From an uncultured Acidobacteriota bacterium (GTDB lineage Bacteria > Acidobacteriota > Vicinamibacteria > Fen-336), in contig OY970399.1 of assembly GCA_963720545.1 (NCBI GenBank), forward strand, positions 2,720,001-2,784,000: a stretch of DNA of 64,000 nucleotides, written 5' to 3'. This document shows positions 1-10,433 of this stretch, piece by piece. The translations under genes and the position numbers were made by a program. The stretch's first letter is position 1, and each line of letters begins with the position of its first letter. The notes under the pieces are model-generated. The model was not told the DNA's origin, ran no database searches, and worked only from the letters and a program-made list of their open reading frames with translations.

Positions 1-39
1 TCGATGAACATTGGCTGGCCCCAGTCTAGACTCGCTGCG

Positions 40-1593
40 GTGAACCCCAACACGACCGTGCCCGCGGCGTCGGCGACGCGCTGGGCCAAGGTCATCGATC
101 ACACCCGCTGCATCGGCTGCCACGCGTGCAGCACCGCCTGCAAGTCGGAAAACCTGGTGCCGCTCGGCGTCAACCGCACCTACGTGAAGTCCGTGGACGT
201 CGGCGTCTTCCCGAGCACCAGGCGCGCCTTCCAGGTGACGCGCTGCAACCAGTGCGAGCACCCGCCGTGCGTGTTCGCCTGCCCGACCTCGGCCATGTTC
301 CAGCGCCACGACGGCATCGTCGACTTCGACAAGTCGATCTGCATCGGCTGCAAGGCGTGCATCGCCGCGTGCCCGTACGACGCGATCTTCATCAACCCAC
401 AGGACAACTCGGCCGAGAAGTGCAACTTCTGCGCACAGCGGCTCGACGTCGGCCTCGAACCGGCGTGCGTCGTCGTCTGCCCGACCCAGGCGATCGTCGT
501 CGGCGACCTTGCCGATCCCGAGTCGCGCGTCGCGCAGTACGTCGGCCGCGACGTCGTGGCGGTGCGCCGGCCCGAGAAGAACACGGCGCCCAAGCTCTTC
601 TACAAGGGCGCGCACGCGGCGACGCTCGACCCGCTCGCCGCGCGCCGCCCCGACGGCGGCCTGTTCATGTGGAGCGAGCAGGGAAGCGGGCCGCAGAACG
701 TCACCTCCGGCTGGCCCGGCGGCGCCAACAGCGCGGCGGCGGCGCTCCTGTCCTACGACGTCCCGCACCGCGCGCCCTGGGACTATCGCGTCAGCCTCTA
801 CACCTGGACGAAAGGCATCGCGGCCGGCGCTTACCTGGTGCCGCTGCTGCTGATCCTCGCCGGCGCGCTCGAACCGCAGAGCGTGCTGTGGGTGTGGGCC
901 GCGCCGATCCTCGGCGGGACCTTCCTCGGCCTCACCGGCGCGCTCCTTCTCTGGGACCTGAAGCACCCTGAGCGCTTCTACCTGATCTTCACCCGCCCGC
1001 AGTGGCGCAGCTGGCTCACCAAGGGCGCCTTCATCATCACCGGCTACGGCATCGTGCTCGGCGTGCACTTTGCCGCGAGCCTCACGGCTCATCCCGAGCT
1101 GCGCGAGGCGCTGCGCTTTCCCGGGCTGGTGCTGGCGGCGCTGACCGCCGCGTACACAGCGTTCCTGTTCGCGCAGTCGAAGGCCCGCGACCTGTGGCAG
1201 AGCCCGCTGCTCTTTCCGCAGCTGCTGGTGCAGGCGACGCTGGCCGGCGCCTGCGCGCTGTCGCTCGTGCAGATTTTCCTCCCGGCGGACACGGGCGCGG
1301 CGGCGCCGGTGCAGGCCACGCTGCTGCGCGTCGCCGGCATCGCCGGCGGCATTCACCTGCTGCTGGTGCTCGGCGAGGTGCTCGTCGGCCACCCCACGGC
1401 GCACGCGCGGCTCGCGGCGCTCGAGATGACCAGGGGCCGCTACCGCACGTACTTCCGCGCCGGTGTCGCGTTGATGCTCGTCGGTGTGTTGACGCCGTGG
1501 CTCGGCCCCGTGGCCGCAGCGGCGGCGCTCCTCGGGCTGCTGGCCTACGAGCACGCCTACGTGCAGGCCGCGCAGGCGGTGCCGCTTGCCTGA
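40..1593 (+). CDS. Fused NrfC-like 4Fe-4S electron-transfer domain + NrfD/PsrC membrane anchor
   Basis: Four Cys clusters (CIGCHAC, CNQCEHPPC, CIGCKAC, CNFC) followed by about 8 TM helices with DLKHPERF NrfD motif. GTG at 40 preferred (TAGACT 7 nt upstream); the ORF track starts at 4. Confidence 0.88.
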   Translation: MNPNTTVPAASATRWAKVIDHTRCIGCHACSTACKSENLVPLGVNRTYVKSVDVGVFPSTRRAFQVTRCNQCEHPPCVFACPTSAMFQRHDGIVDFDKSICIGCKACIAACPYDAIFINPQDNSAEKCNFCAQRLDVGLEPACVVVCPTQAIVVGDLADPESRVAQYVGRDVVAVRRPEKNTAPKLFYKGAHAATLDPLAARRPDGGLFMWSEQGSGPQNVTSGWPGGANSAAAALLSYDVPHRAPWDYRVSLYTWTKGIAAGAYLVPLLLILAGALEPQSVLWVWAAPILGGTFLGLTGALLLWDLKHPERFYLIFTRPQWRSWLTKGAFIITGYGIVLGVHFAASLTAHPELREALRFPGLVLAALTAAYTAFLFAQSKARDLWQSPLLFPQLLVQATLAGACALSLVQIFLPADTGAAAPVQATLLRVAGIAGGIHLLLVLGEVLVGHPTAHARLAALEMTRGRYRTYFRAGVALMLVGVLTPWLGPVAAAAALLGLLAYEHAYVQAAQAVPLA

Positions 1594-4405
1594 ACGCTCG
1601 CCGCTTCGGCCGTACCCGCCGACCGACCGCTGGGACGACTGGGTCGAGCTCGACTCGCAGGCGTGGCCGCGCCGCGTCGAGAAGCGCTACGCGCTCATCC
1701 CCACGACCTGCTTCAACTGCGAATCGGCGTGCGGGCTGCTTGCCTATGTGGACAAGGACACGGGCGAGATCCGCAAGCTCGAAGGCAACCCGGAACACCC
1801 CGGCTCGCGCGGACGCAATTGCGCGAAGGGCCCGGCCACCCTCAACCAGATCCAGGATCCCGACCGCATCCTGTACCCGCTGAAGCGGGTCGGCGAGCGC
1901 GGCGGCAACGGCTGGGAACGGGTTTCCTGGGACCAGGCGCTCGACGACATCGCGGCGCGCATCCGCAAGGCGATCGTCGCGGGCCGGCCGAACGACGTCA
2001 TGTACCACGTGGGCCGTCCGGGTGAAGACGGCTACACCGAGCGCGTGCTGGCGGCGTGGGGCGTCGACGGCCACAATTCGCACACCAACATCTGCTCGTC
2101 CTCGGGCCGCGCCGGCTACCAGTTCTGGATGGGCCTCGACCGGCCGAGCCCCGACCACGCGAACGCCGACGTCATCCTGCTGATCAGCGCGCACCTCGAG
2201 TCGGGCCACTACTTCAACCCGCACGCGCAGCGCGTGATGGAAGCCAAGGCGCGCGGCGCGAAGCTCATCGTCTTCGACGTGCGCCTCAGCAACACCGCGA
2301 CCCACGCCGATCATTGGCTCGCGCCCTATCCGGGCAGCGAGGCGGCGATGCTGCTTGCGATCGTGCGCCACCTGGTCGAGACCGGCGCGCACAACCGCGA
2401 GTTCGTGCGCCGCTGGTGGAACTGGAAGGAGTACCTGCGCAGCGAGCGGCCGGGCACCGCGGTCACCTTCGAGAATTTCGAGGCGGCGCTGCGCGAGACC
2501 TACGCGAGCTACACGTTCGAATACGCCGCGCAGGAGTCGGGCGTCGACGCGGCAGCCATCGAGGAAGTGGCGCGCGTGGTGGCCCGGGCCGGCACGCGCT
2601 TCTCGTCGCACAACTGGCGCAGCGCCGCCGCCGGCAACCTCGGCGGCTGGCAGGTGTCGCGGTGCCTGTTCCTCATCAATGCGCTGCTCGGCGCGGTCGC
2701 GACCGAAGGCGGCACTTTCCCGAACGCGTGGAACAAGTTCGTGCCGCGGCCGATCCACACGCCGCCGCATCCGCCGAAGTGGAACGAGCTGACCTGGCCG
2801 ATCGAGTTTCCGCTGGCGATGAACGAGCTGTCGTTCCTGCTGCCGCACCTGCTCGCCGACGGCCGCGGCACGCTCGACGTCTACTTCAGCCGCGTCTACA
2901 ACCCGGTGTGGACCAACCCCGACGGCATGAGCTGGATCGAGGCTTTCAAGGATCCCGGCAAGATCGGGCTGCACGTGGCGCTGACGCCGACGTGGAGCGA
3001 GTCGGCGCAGTTCGCCGACTACGTGCTGCCGATGGGCATGGGGCCGGAGCGCCACGACCTGCATTCCTACGAGACGCACGATTCGCAGTGGCTCGGCTTC
3101 CGCCAGCCGGTGAAGAAGGCGGCGAAGGAGCGGCTGGGCGGGACCGTGAGCGACACCCGCGAGGTCAACCCCGGCGCCGTCTGGGAAGAGAACGAGTTCT
3201 GGATCGCGCTCTCGTGGCGCATCGATCCCGACGGTTCGCTCGGCATCCGCAGGCACTTCGAGTCGCAGGAAAAGCCCGGCGAGAAGCTCGGCGTGGACGA
3301 GTACTACCGCTTCATCTTCGAGAAGTCGGTGCCCGGCCTGCCCGAGCGCGCCGCCGCGGAAGGATTGAAGCCGCTCGAGTTCATGCGCCGCTACGGCGTC
3401 TTCGAAGTGGCGGCGGGCGTTGGCCCGGTCCACGAGCAGCCGGTGCCCGCGGCGGAACTCGAGGACACGTCGAAGGACGACCTCGACCGCGTCTTCACGC
3501 GCGCGCCGAAGCCGGCGCCGGTCAACATCGTGCCGATCCCGACGCCCGACGGCGATGCTGCCGGCCGGCGGCTCGTGGGCATCGACGACGACGGCGTGGT
3601 GCGGCGCGGCTTCCCGACGCCTTCGGGCCGCCTCGAGTTCTTCTCGAAGACGCTCAAGGACTGGGGCTGGCCCGAGTACGCGCTGCCGACCTACATCAAG
3701 AGCCACATCCACGCCGAGAACCTGAAGGCCGGCGAAATGCCCCTGATCGCCACCTTCCGCCTGCCGATCCAGATCCACACCCGCAGCGCCAACGCCAAGT
3801 GGCTCGACGAGATCGCGCACACCAACCCGCTGTGGATCCACACCCACGACGCGGAGCGCCTCGACCTGAAGACGGGCGACCTGGTGCGCGTCGAGACGCG
3901 CCTCGGCTACTTCGTGGTGAAGGCGTGGGTGAGCGAGGGCATCCGCCCCGGCGTCGTCGCCTGCAGCCATCACATGGGGCGCTGGAAGACGGGCGACGCC
4001 GGACAGCGGCAGATGATGCCGACCGTGGCGCTCGAGAACAGCGGCCGCCACTGGTCGCTGCGCCGCCGCGCCGACATCGCGCCGTTCGCCTCCGAAGACG
4101 CGGATACCGCACGCATCTGGTGGGCCGACGGCGGCGTGCACCAGAACCTGACCTTCGCGGTCCAGCCCGATCCCATCTCCGGGATGCACTGCTGGCACCA
4201 GGCGGTGCGCGTGCGCAAGGCCGAGCCCGGCGACCGTTACGCCGACGTCTTCGTCGACACCGAGAAGTCGCGCGGCGCCTACAAGGAGTGGATGGAGCGC
4301 ACCCGTCCCGCCCAGAAAGTCTCGCCCGACGGCCTGCGCCGGCCCTACTGGCTGCTGCGACCGCTCAAGCCCGCCCGCGACGTGTACAAGATCCCCGGGA
4401 AGTAG
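1586..4405 (+). CDS. Molybdopterin (bis-MGD) oxidoreductase catalytic subunit, DMSO reductase superfamily
   Basis: TCFNCESACG...NCAKG 4Fe-4S motif, RILYPLKR, ADYVLP, C-terminal molydop-binding domain (HTRS, LWIHTHDAERL). TTG start overlaps the upstream gene. Confidence 0.92.
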   Translation: MPERSPLRPYPPTDRWDDWVELDSQAWPRRVEKRYALIPTTCFNCESACGLLAYVDKDTGEIRKLEGNPEHPGSRGRNCAKGPATLNQIQDPDRILYPLKRVGERGGNGWERVSWDQALDDIAARIRKAIVAGRPNDVMYHVGRPGEDGYTERVLAAWGVDGHNSHTNICSSSGRAGYQFWMGLDRPSPDHANADVILLISAHLESGHYFNPHAQRVMEAKARGAKLIVFDVRLSNTATHADHWLAPYPGSEAAMLLAIVRHLVETGAHNREFVRRWWNWKEYLRSERPGTAVTFENFEAALRETYASYTFEYAAQESGVDAAAIEEVARVVARAGTRFSSHNWRSAAAGNLGGWQVSRCLFLINALLGAVATEGGTFPNAWNKFVPRPIHTPPHPPKWNELTWPIEFPLAMNELSFLLPHLLADGRGTLDVYFSRVYNPVWTNPDGMSWIEAFKDPGKIGLHVALTPTWSESAQFADYVLPMGMGPERHDLHSYETHDSQWLGFRQPVKKAAKERLGGTVSDTREVNPGAVWEENEFWIALSWRIDPDGSLGIRRHFESQEKPGEKLGVDEYYRFIFEKSVPGLPERAAAEGLKPLEFMRRYGVFEVAAGVGPVHEQPVPAAELEDTSKDDLDRVFTRAPKPAPVNIVPIPTPDGDAAGRRLVGIDDDGVVRRGFPTPSGRLEFFSKTLKDWGWPEYALPTYIKSHIHAENLKAGEMPLIATFRLPIQIHTRSANAKWLDEIAHTNPLWIHTHDAERLDLKTGDLVRVETRLGYFVVKAWVSEGIRPGVVACSHHMGRWKTGDAGQRQMMPTVALENSGRHWSLRRRADIAPFASEDADTARIWWADGGVHQNLTFAVQPDPISGMHCWHQAVRVRKAEPGDRYADVFVDTEKSRGAYKEWMERTRPAQKVSPDGLRRPYWLLRPLKPARDVYKIPGK

Positions 4406-4443
4406 GGGAAGCGAGAGGCGGCAGACGGGTACGGGAGGACGCT

Positions 4444-4857
4444 ATGTGGATTGTCTGGGCGTTGGTCTCGGCGTTGACGGCGGCGCTGGTCACGATCCTC
4501 GCCAAGGCCGCTCTCGCCGAGGTGCCGTCGAACCTGGCCACGGCGCTGCGCACCGTCGTGATCGTGCCGTTCGCCTTCGCGCTCGCGGCGCTCACCGGCG
4601 AAACCGCCCGCTTCGGCTCGCTGTCAAAGCGCACGCTGCTTCTGCTCGCCGCCTCCGGCCTCGCCACCGGCGTGTCCTGGCTCGCCTACTTCCGCGCCCT
4701 GCAGATGGCACCTGCCTCGAAGGTGGCGCCGATCGACAAGCTGAGCCTGGTGTTCACCGTGCTGCTCGCTGCGCTGTGGCTCGCCGAACCCCTCAGCCCG
4801 CGCATCCTGGTCGGCGCGCTGCTCATCCTGGGCGGTACCTGGCTGATCGTTGGTTAG
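4444..4857 (+). CDS. EamA/DMT family small transporter
   Basis: 137 aa, about 5 TMs, SWLAYFRAL...KVAPIDKLS motif; GGGAGG RBS before ATG 4444. Confidence 0.88.
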   Translation: MWIVWALVSALTAALVTILAKAALAEVPSNLATALRTVVIVPFAFALAALTGETARFGSLSKRTLLLLAASGLATGVSWLAYFRALQMAPASKVAPIDKLSLVFTVLLAALWLAEPLSPRILVGALLILGGTWLIVG

Positions 4858-4863
4858 GTTGAG

Positions 4864-4930
4864 GCCTGAGTTTCAGTGTTTGGGTTTCAGGCCCTGAGTT
4901 TCAAACGCGCTGAGGTTCACGCCCTGACTC
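4864..4930. repeat. Degenerate tandem repeat of about 14 bp with core TGAGTTTCA
   Basis: Cores at 4867, 4881, 4895, 4911 and a partial one at 4925, in a convergent intergenic gap. Confidence 0.6.
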
Positions 4931-4931
4931 T

Positions 4932-5396
4932 TTACGACCGAACGGCCGCCAGCACCTCGTCGGCGTGCCCGCCGACCTTGACGTTGTCCCAGCGCTTCTC
5001 CACCTTGCCGTCCCCGTCGATGAGGTACGTGGTGCGCGCGATGCCCATGAACTTGCGGCCATAGAGCGACTTTTCCTGCCACACGCCGTACTTCTCGGCG
5101 ACCGCATGGTCGGCATCGGCGAGCAGCGGGAAGTTGAGGCCGTGCTTCTCCGCGAAGCGCGCCTTGCTCTTCTCGTCGAGGATACTGATCCCGAAAACCA
5201 CGGCCTTGCTCTTCTTGAAGTTGGGCTGGAGGTCGCGGAAGTCGCACGACTCCTGCGTGCACCCCGGCGTGTCGTCCTTCGGATAGAAGTAGAGGATCAC
5301 CTGCTTGCCCGCGTAGTCGGACAGCTTGTGCGCCTTGCCGTCCTGGTCTTTCAGGTTGAACGCGGGCGCCTTCTTGCCGGGCTCGATCAGTGCCAT
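4932..5396 (-). CDS. bcp: Thioredoxin-dependent peroxiredoxin (Bcp/PrxQ)
   Basis: FYPKDDTPGCTQESCDFRD motif; GAGGAG RBS. Confidence 0.95.
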   Translation of the reverse strand: MALIEPGKKAPAFNLKDQDGKAHKLSDYAGKQVILYFYPKDDTPGCTQESCDFRDLQPNFKKSKAVVFGISILDEKSKARFAEKHGLNFPLLADADHAVAEKYGVWQEKSLYGRKFMGIARTTYLIDGDGKVEKRWDNVKVGGHADEVLAAVRS

Positions 5397-5442
5397 GTCG
5401 GTCGATGACTCCTCATGCTGCTTTGTCCACCTGTCATGTTCG

Positions 5443-5784
5443 TTAGCGCAGAGGTAGTCGCCGGCCGGTCAGAAGCATCTCGATACGGGCGAGACTCGCG
5501 CTTTGTTCCTTGTCGGATTGCTGCAGTTCGCCAAAAGCGGCCTTCAGCTCGCTCACATCCCTCTGAACAGCGCTCACTGTTTCCTGCAGGGCGCGCACGT
5601 CGCCATGCATCCCATAGAGCTGCGCCGCGCCAACGAACAACGTCGGGAGGAGGACGGCCGTGGCAACGCTGATCATCGCCTGCAGCCATTTTGGCGTTGA
5701 TTCAATGAACTTCTCTTCACGCAGCACGGGCCGCTCCTCGAGCTGGCGAACCTTGCGGTCCAGTTCGTCGAGTCGTGCCGCCAT
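5443..5784 (-). CDS. Hypothetical coiled-coil / single-TM protein
   Basis: Heptad-like segments flank one hydrophobic stretch (WLQAMISVATAVLLPTLFVGAAQLY); visibly lower GC than its neighbours; alternative GTG start at 5829. Confidence 0.6.
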   Translation of the reverse strand: MAARLDELDRKVRQLEERPVLREEKFIESTPKWLQAMISVATAVLLPTLFVGAAQLYGMHGDVRALQETVSAVQRDVSELKAAFGELQQSDKEQSASLARIEMLLTGRRLPLR

Positions 5785-5968
5785 TCGTTCCGAGTCGCTG
5801 CTCGAACTGTTCGAAGTCACGCTGCCCACAGTCTAGCCTCCAGCCGGCCGGGCGCCAGACGGCGCCCCCTCCAGTGACCGTATGGTCTCTCGTCACGCTG
5901 CCGCACAAGGTCCGCACGGCCAGAAAACTTCGAGAGAGCGGGCGACACCTCAAGTAGTTTCTGAAGCT

Positions 5969-5986
5969 ACTGTGTCCGGACACAGT
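5969..5986. promoter_or_regulatory. Perfect 18-bp palindrome 1 (putative operator)
   Basis: ACTGTGTCC-GGACACAGT. Confidence 0.6.
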
Positions 5987-6041
5987 GAAGGTGGCGCCCG
6001 CAGCAGGCCTGCGCGCGCAACAGACGCAGCAGAAGTGATGG

Positions 6042-6059
6042 ACTGCGTCCGGACGCAGT
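6042..6059. promoter_or_regulatory. Perfect 18-bp palindrome 2 (putative operator)
   Basis: ACTGCGTCC-GGACGCAGT; differs from copy 1 by one symmetric pair of substitutions. Confidence 0.6.
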
Positions 6060-6159
6060 AGGTTCTTACAACGGAGATCCCTCGGTCGCAGCGCAAGCGT
6101 TGAGCTCCTCGGGAAAACGGCGAGGTAGCGCAAGCGATGGAGGCGCTTCGGAAAAACGG

Positions 6160-7152
6160 CTAGAAGAGCTGCGTCACCTTGTAGAGGAGGGCGGCGACCA
6201 AGGCTGAGAACGGGATGGTGAGCACCCAGGCCCAGACGATGCGGCCGGCGACGCCCCACTTCACAGCGCTGAGGCGCCTGGTGGCACCGACGCCGATGAT
6301 CGCGCCGGTGATCGTATGCGTGGTGGAGACCGGCACGCCCGCAAGCGTCGCGCCGACCAGGGTGATGGCGCCCGCGGTCTCGGCGCAGAAGCCGCCGAAC
6401 GGCTGCAGCTTGGTGATCTTGCTGCCCATCGTCTTGACGATGCGCCAGCCGCCGAACATCGTGCCGAATGCGATCGCCGCGTGCGCTGAAAGGATCACCC
6501 AGATGGGGATGCCGGTGTCGACCGGCAGGTGGTTGGAGGCGATCAGCAGCCCGGTGATGATGCCCATGGTCTTCTGCGCGTCGTTGCCGCCGTGGCCGAG
6601 GCTGTAGAGCCCCGCGGAGATGAGCTGCAGCTTGCGGAACAGCGTGTCGAGCCGGTACGGCTGCCACTTGCGGAAGATCCAGGTGACCGTGACCATCAGC
6701 GTGAACGCGAGCGTCATGCCGATGAGCGGCGCCAGCACGATGAAGATCAGCGTCTTGGTCCAGCCGGAGACGATGAGCGCGGCAAAGCCGGCTTTCGCCA
6801 CCGCCGCGCCGGCATAACCGCCGATGAGGGCGTGCGACGACGACACCGGCAGGCCCCACCACCAGGTGAGCAGGTCCCAGACGATCGCGCCGAGCAGGCC
6901 GGCGAGGATCACCTCGGGGGTCACGATGCTGATGTCGATGAGGCCCTTGCCGACGGTCTTGGCGACGCCGGTGCCCAGCACGAAGGCGGCGACGAAGTTG
7001 AAGAACGCGGCCCACACCACCGCGCGCTGCGGCGACATGACGCGCGTCGACACCACCGTCGCGATCGAGTTGGCGGCATCGTGGAAGCCGTTGATGAAGT
7101 CGAAGGCGAGGGCGACCACGATGATGGAGACGACCAGCAGGTCGGCGGGCAT
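6160..7152 (-). CDS. pit: Inorganic phosphate transporter, PiT family
   Basis: NGFHDAANSIAT and GHGGNDAQKTMG signatures, PVSTTH. Confidence 0.95.
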   Translation of the reverse strand: MPADLLVVSIIVVALAFDFINGFHDAANSIATVVSTRVMSPQRAVVWAAFFNFVAAFVLGTGVAKTVGKGLIDISIVTPEVILAGLLGAIVWDLLTWWWGLPVSSSHALIGGYAGAAVAKAGFAALIVSGWTKTLIFIVLAPLIGMTLAFTLMVTVTWIFRKWQPYRLDTLFRKLQLISAGLYSLGHGGNDAQKTMGIITGLLIASNHLPVDTGIPIWVILSAHAAIAFGTMFGGWRIVKTMGSKITKLQPFGGFCAETAGAITLVGATLAGVPVSTTHTITGAIIGVGATRRLSAVKWGVAGRIVWAWVLTIPFSALVAALLYKVTQLF

Positions 7153-7170
7153 CGGCTGCGCGGTCCGTTC

Positions 7171-7821
7171 TCAGGCGTTCTTGATGACGACGTTGCTCAG
7201 GATGTGCGTGTAGTCCTTGCACGCGTCGCACGCTTCCTCGAGCCCCTCATAGATGGTCTTCCACTTGAGGATCTCGACGGGATTGCGCGACTCGGCCTTG
7301 AACAAGTCGGCGATCACGGTGTTGAAGAGCGTGTCGGCCTGGTTCTCGAGCTCGGAGATGCGCACCGTCGCGCCGCGGATCTCCTTCTCGTTGGCCAGGT
7401 TCCAGATGAGGCCCGTGGCCTTGTGGATCTGCTCGGCCATCGCCGTGATGATGGCCGCGAACTGCTTCAGCGCTTCGGGCGAGTCGGGCAGGTCGAACAG
7501 GATCAGGTTCTGCGCCACGCCCTCGACGTGGTCGACGATGTCGTCGAGGTACGAGGCGATCGAGCGGATGTCCTCGCGGTCGAAGGGGGTGATGAAGGTG
7601 GTGTTGAGCGCGTCGAACACCTCGCGCGCGATCTGGTCGCCGTCGTGCTCGATGGCGCGCAGTTCCACCATCTTGACGCGCCGGTCCTCGAGGTTCTGGA
7701 TGTGGGCGAAGTCATTGAACAGCCGCGCGGCGCGCAGCACGTTCTGCGTGTCGCGATCCAGGAGGACATGGAACTTCTCCTCCTTGGGCATGAACCACTT
7801 GATGATGCGGTCGACCTTCAT
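7171..7821 (-). CDS. DUF47 / PhoU-like phosphate transport accessory protein
   Basis: EHDGD...TFITPFDREDI...LDDIVD...LENQAD motifs; typical partner of pit. Confidence 0.92.
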   Translation of the reverse strand: MKVDRIIKWFMPKEEKFHVLLDRDTQNVLRAARLFNDFAHIQNLEDRRVKMVELRAIEHDGDQIAREVFDALNTTFITPFDREDIRSIASYLDDIVDHVEGVAQNLILFDLPDSPEALKQFAAIITAMAEQIHKATGLIWNLANEKEIRGATVRISELENQADTLFNTVIADLFKAESRNPVEILKWKTIYEGLEEACDACKDYTHILSNVVIKNA

Positions 7822-7855
7822 GACATTCCCATTGACAAAAGCGCGACATTTTGTC
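7819..7855 (-). promoter_or_regulatory. Pho-box-like TGTC direct repeats plus a 7-bp inverted repeat
   Basis: GACA cores at 7822, 7834, 7845 (11-12 bp period); GACAAAA-N8-TTTTGTC at 7834-7855. Confidence 0.45.
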
Positions 7856-7901
7856 GACGCGCGCGGATGCTAGCACGCGTTCTGCGGAGATTCCTCGCGC
7901 C

Positions 7902-9674
<1,773 letters not shown>

Positions 9675-9688
9675 CGGCTGCGACGCTT

Positions 9689-10378
9689 CTACCGTTCGTC
9701 CGCGGCGTCGATTCGATAACCGAGCGACTTCACCGTGACGATCCCTTGCGCCAGGCCTGGCAGCTTCTCGCGCAGCCGCCGCACGTGCACGTCCACCGTG
9801 CGGGTGCCCTCGGCATACGAGTAGCCCCAGACGCTCTCCAGCAGGTGCGCCCGCGACAACACCCGCCCGTGCGCGCGCAGCAGCGCCACCAGCAGGGCGA
9901 ATTCCTTGGCGGTGAGGTGCACCGCCTTGCCCTGCCAGCGCACCACGTGGCTCGCGGTGTCCACTTCGAGTTCGCCCAGGGTGAGGGTGGAACGGCTGGC
10001 GTCGCGCTGGCTGCGGCGCACCACCGCGCGCACCCGCGCCAGCAGCTCCTTGGGGGAGAACGGCTTGACCACGTAGTCGTCGGCGCCCATCTCGAGCCCG
10101 ACGATGCGGTCCGATTCGGCGGCGCGCGCCGTCGCCATGATCACCGGCGTGTCCTTGCTGCGGTCGTCGCGGCGGATCTCGGCGCACAGCGACAGCCCGT
10201 CGCCGCCGCGCAGCTGCAGGTCGAGGATCACGAGGTCGAAGACGGTGGCGCGCAGCCGCGAGCGCGCCTCGCCCGAGTCGCCGGTCGCGTCCACCGTCCA
10301 GCCGTCCTGGCGGAGGTAATGGACGATCAGCTCGGCGATGTCCGAGTCGTCTTCCACGACCAGCGCGCGCCTGCTCAT
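9689..10378 (-). CDS. phoB: OmpR/PhoB family response regulator
   Basis: VVEDD, LDLQL, GADDYVVKPFS, RTVDVHVRRLREKL; symbol inferred from context. Confidence 0.85.
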   Translation of the reverse strand: MSRRALVVEDDSDIAELIVHYLRQDGWTVDATGDSGEARSRLRATVFDLVILDLQLRGGDGLSLCAEIRRDDRSKDTPVIMATARAAESDRIVGLEMGADDYVVKPFSPKELLARVRAVVRRSQRDASRSTLTLGELEVDTASHVVRWQGKAVHLTAKEFALLVALLRAHGRVLSRAHLLESVWGYSYAEGTRTVDVHVRRLREKLPGLAQGIVTVKSLGYRIDAADER

Positions 10379-10433
10379 CCCTGCGCGCATCTTATCCGGC
10401 CCGTGCCGGAGGGAGCGCCTATACTCGCTGCGG

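Noticed and set aside
1586..4405. Selenocysteine-containing formate dehydrogenase
   Set aside because: No in-frame TGA, and the FDH active-site motif is not evident.
5400..6160. Intact mobile element or prophage
   Set aside because: No transposase, integrase or terminal inverted repeats; only compositional hints.
4864..6163. CRISPR array from the short repeats or twin palindromes
   Set aside because: Too few or too short copies, no regular unique spacers and no cas genes.
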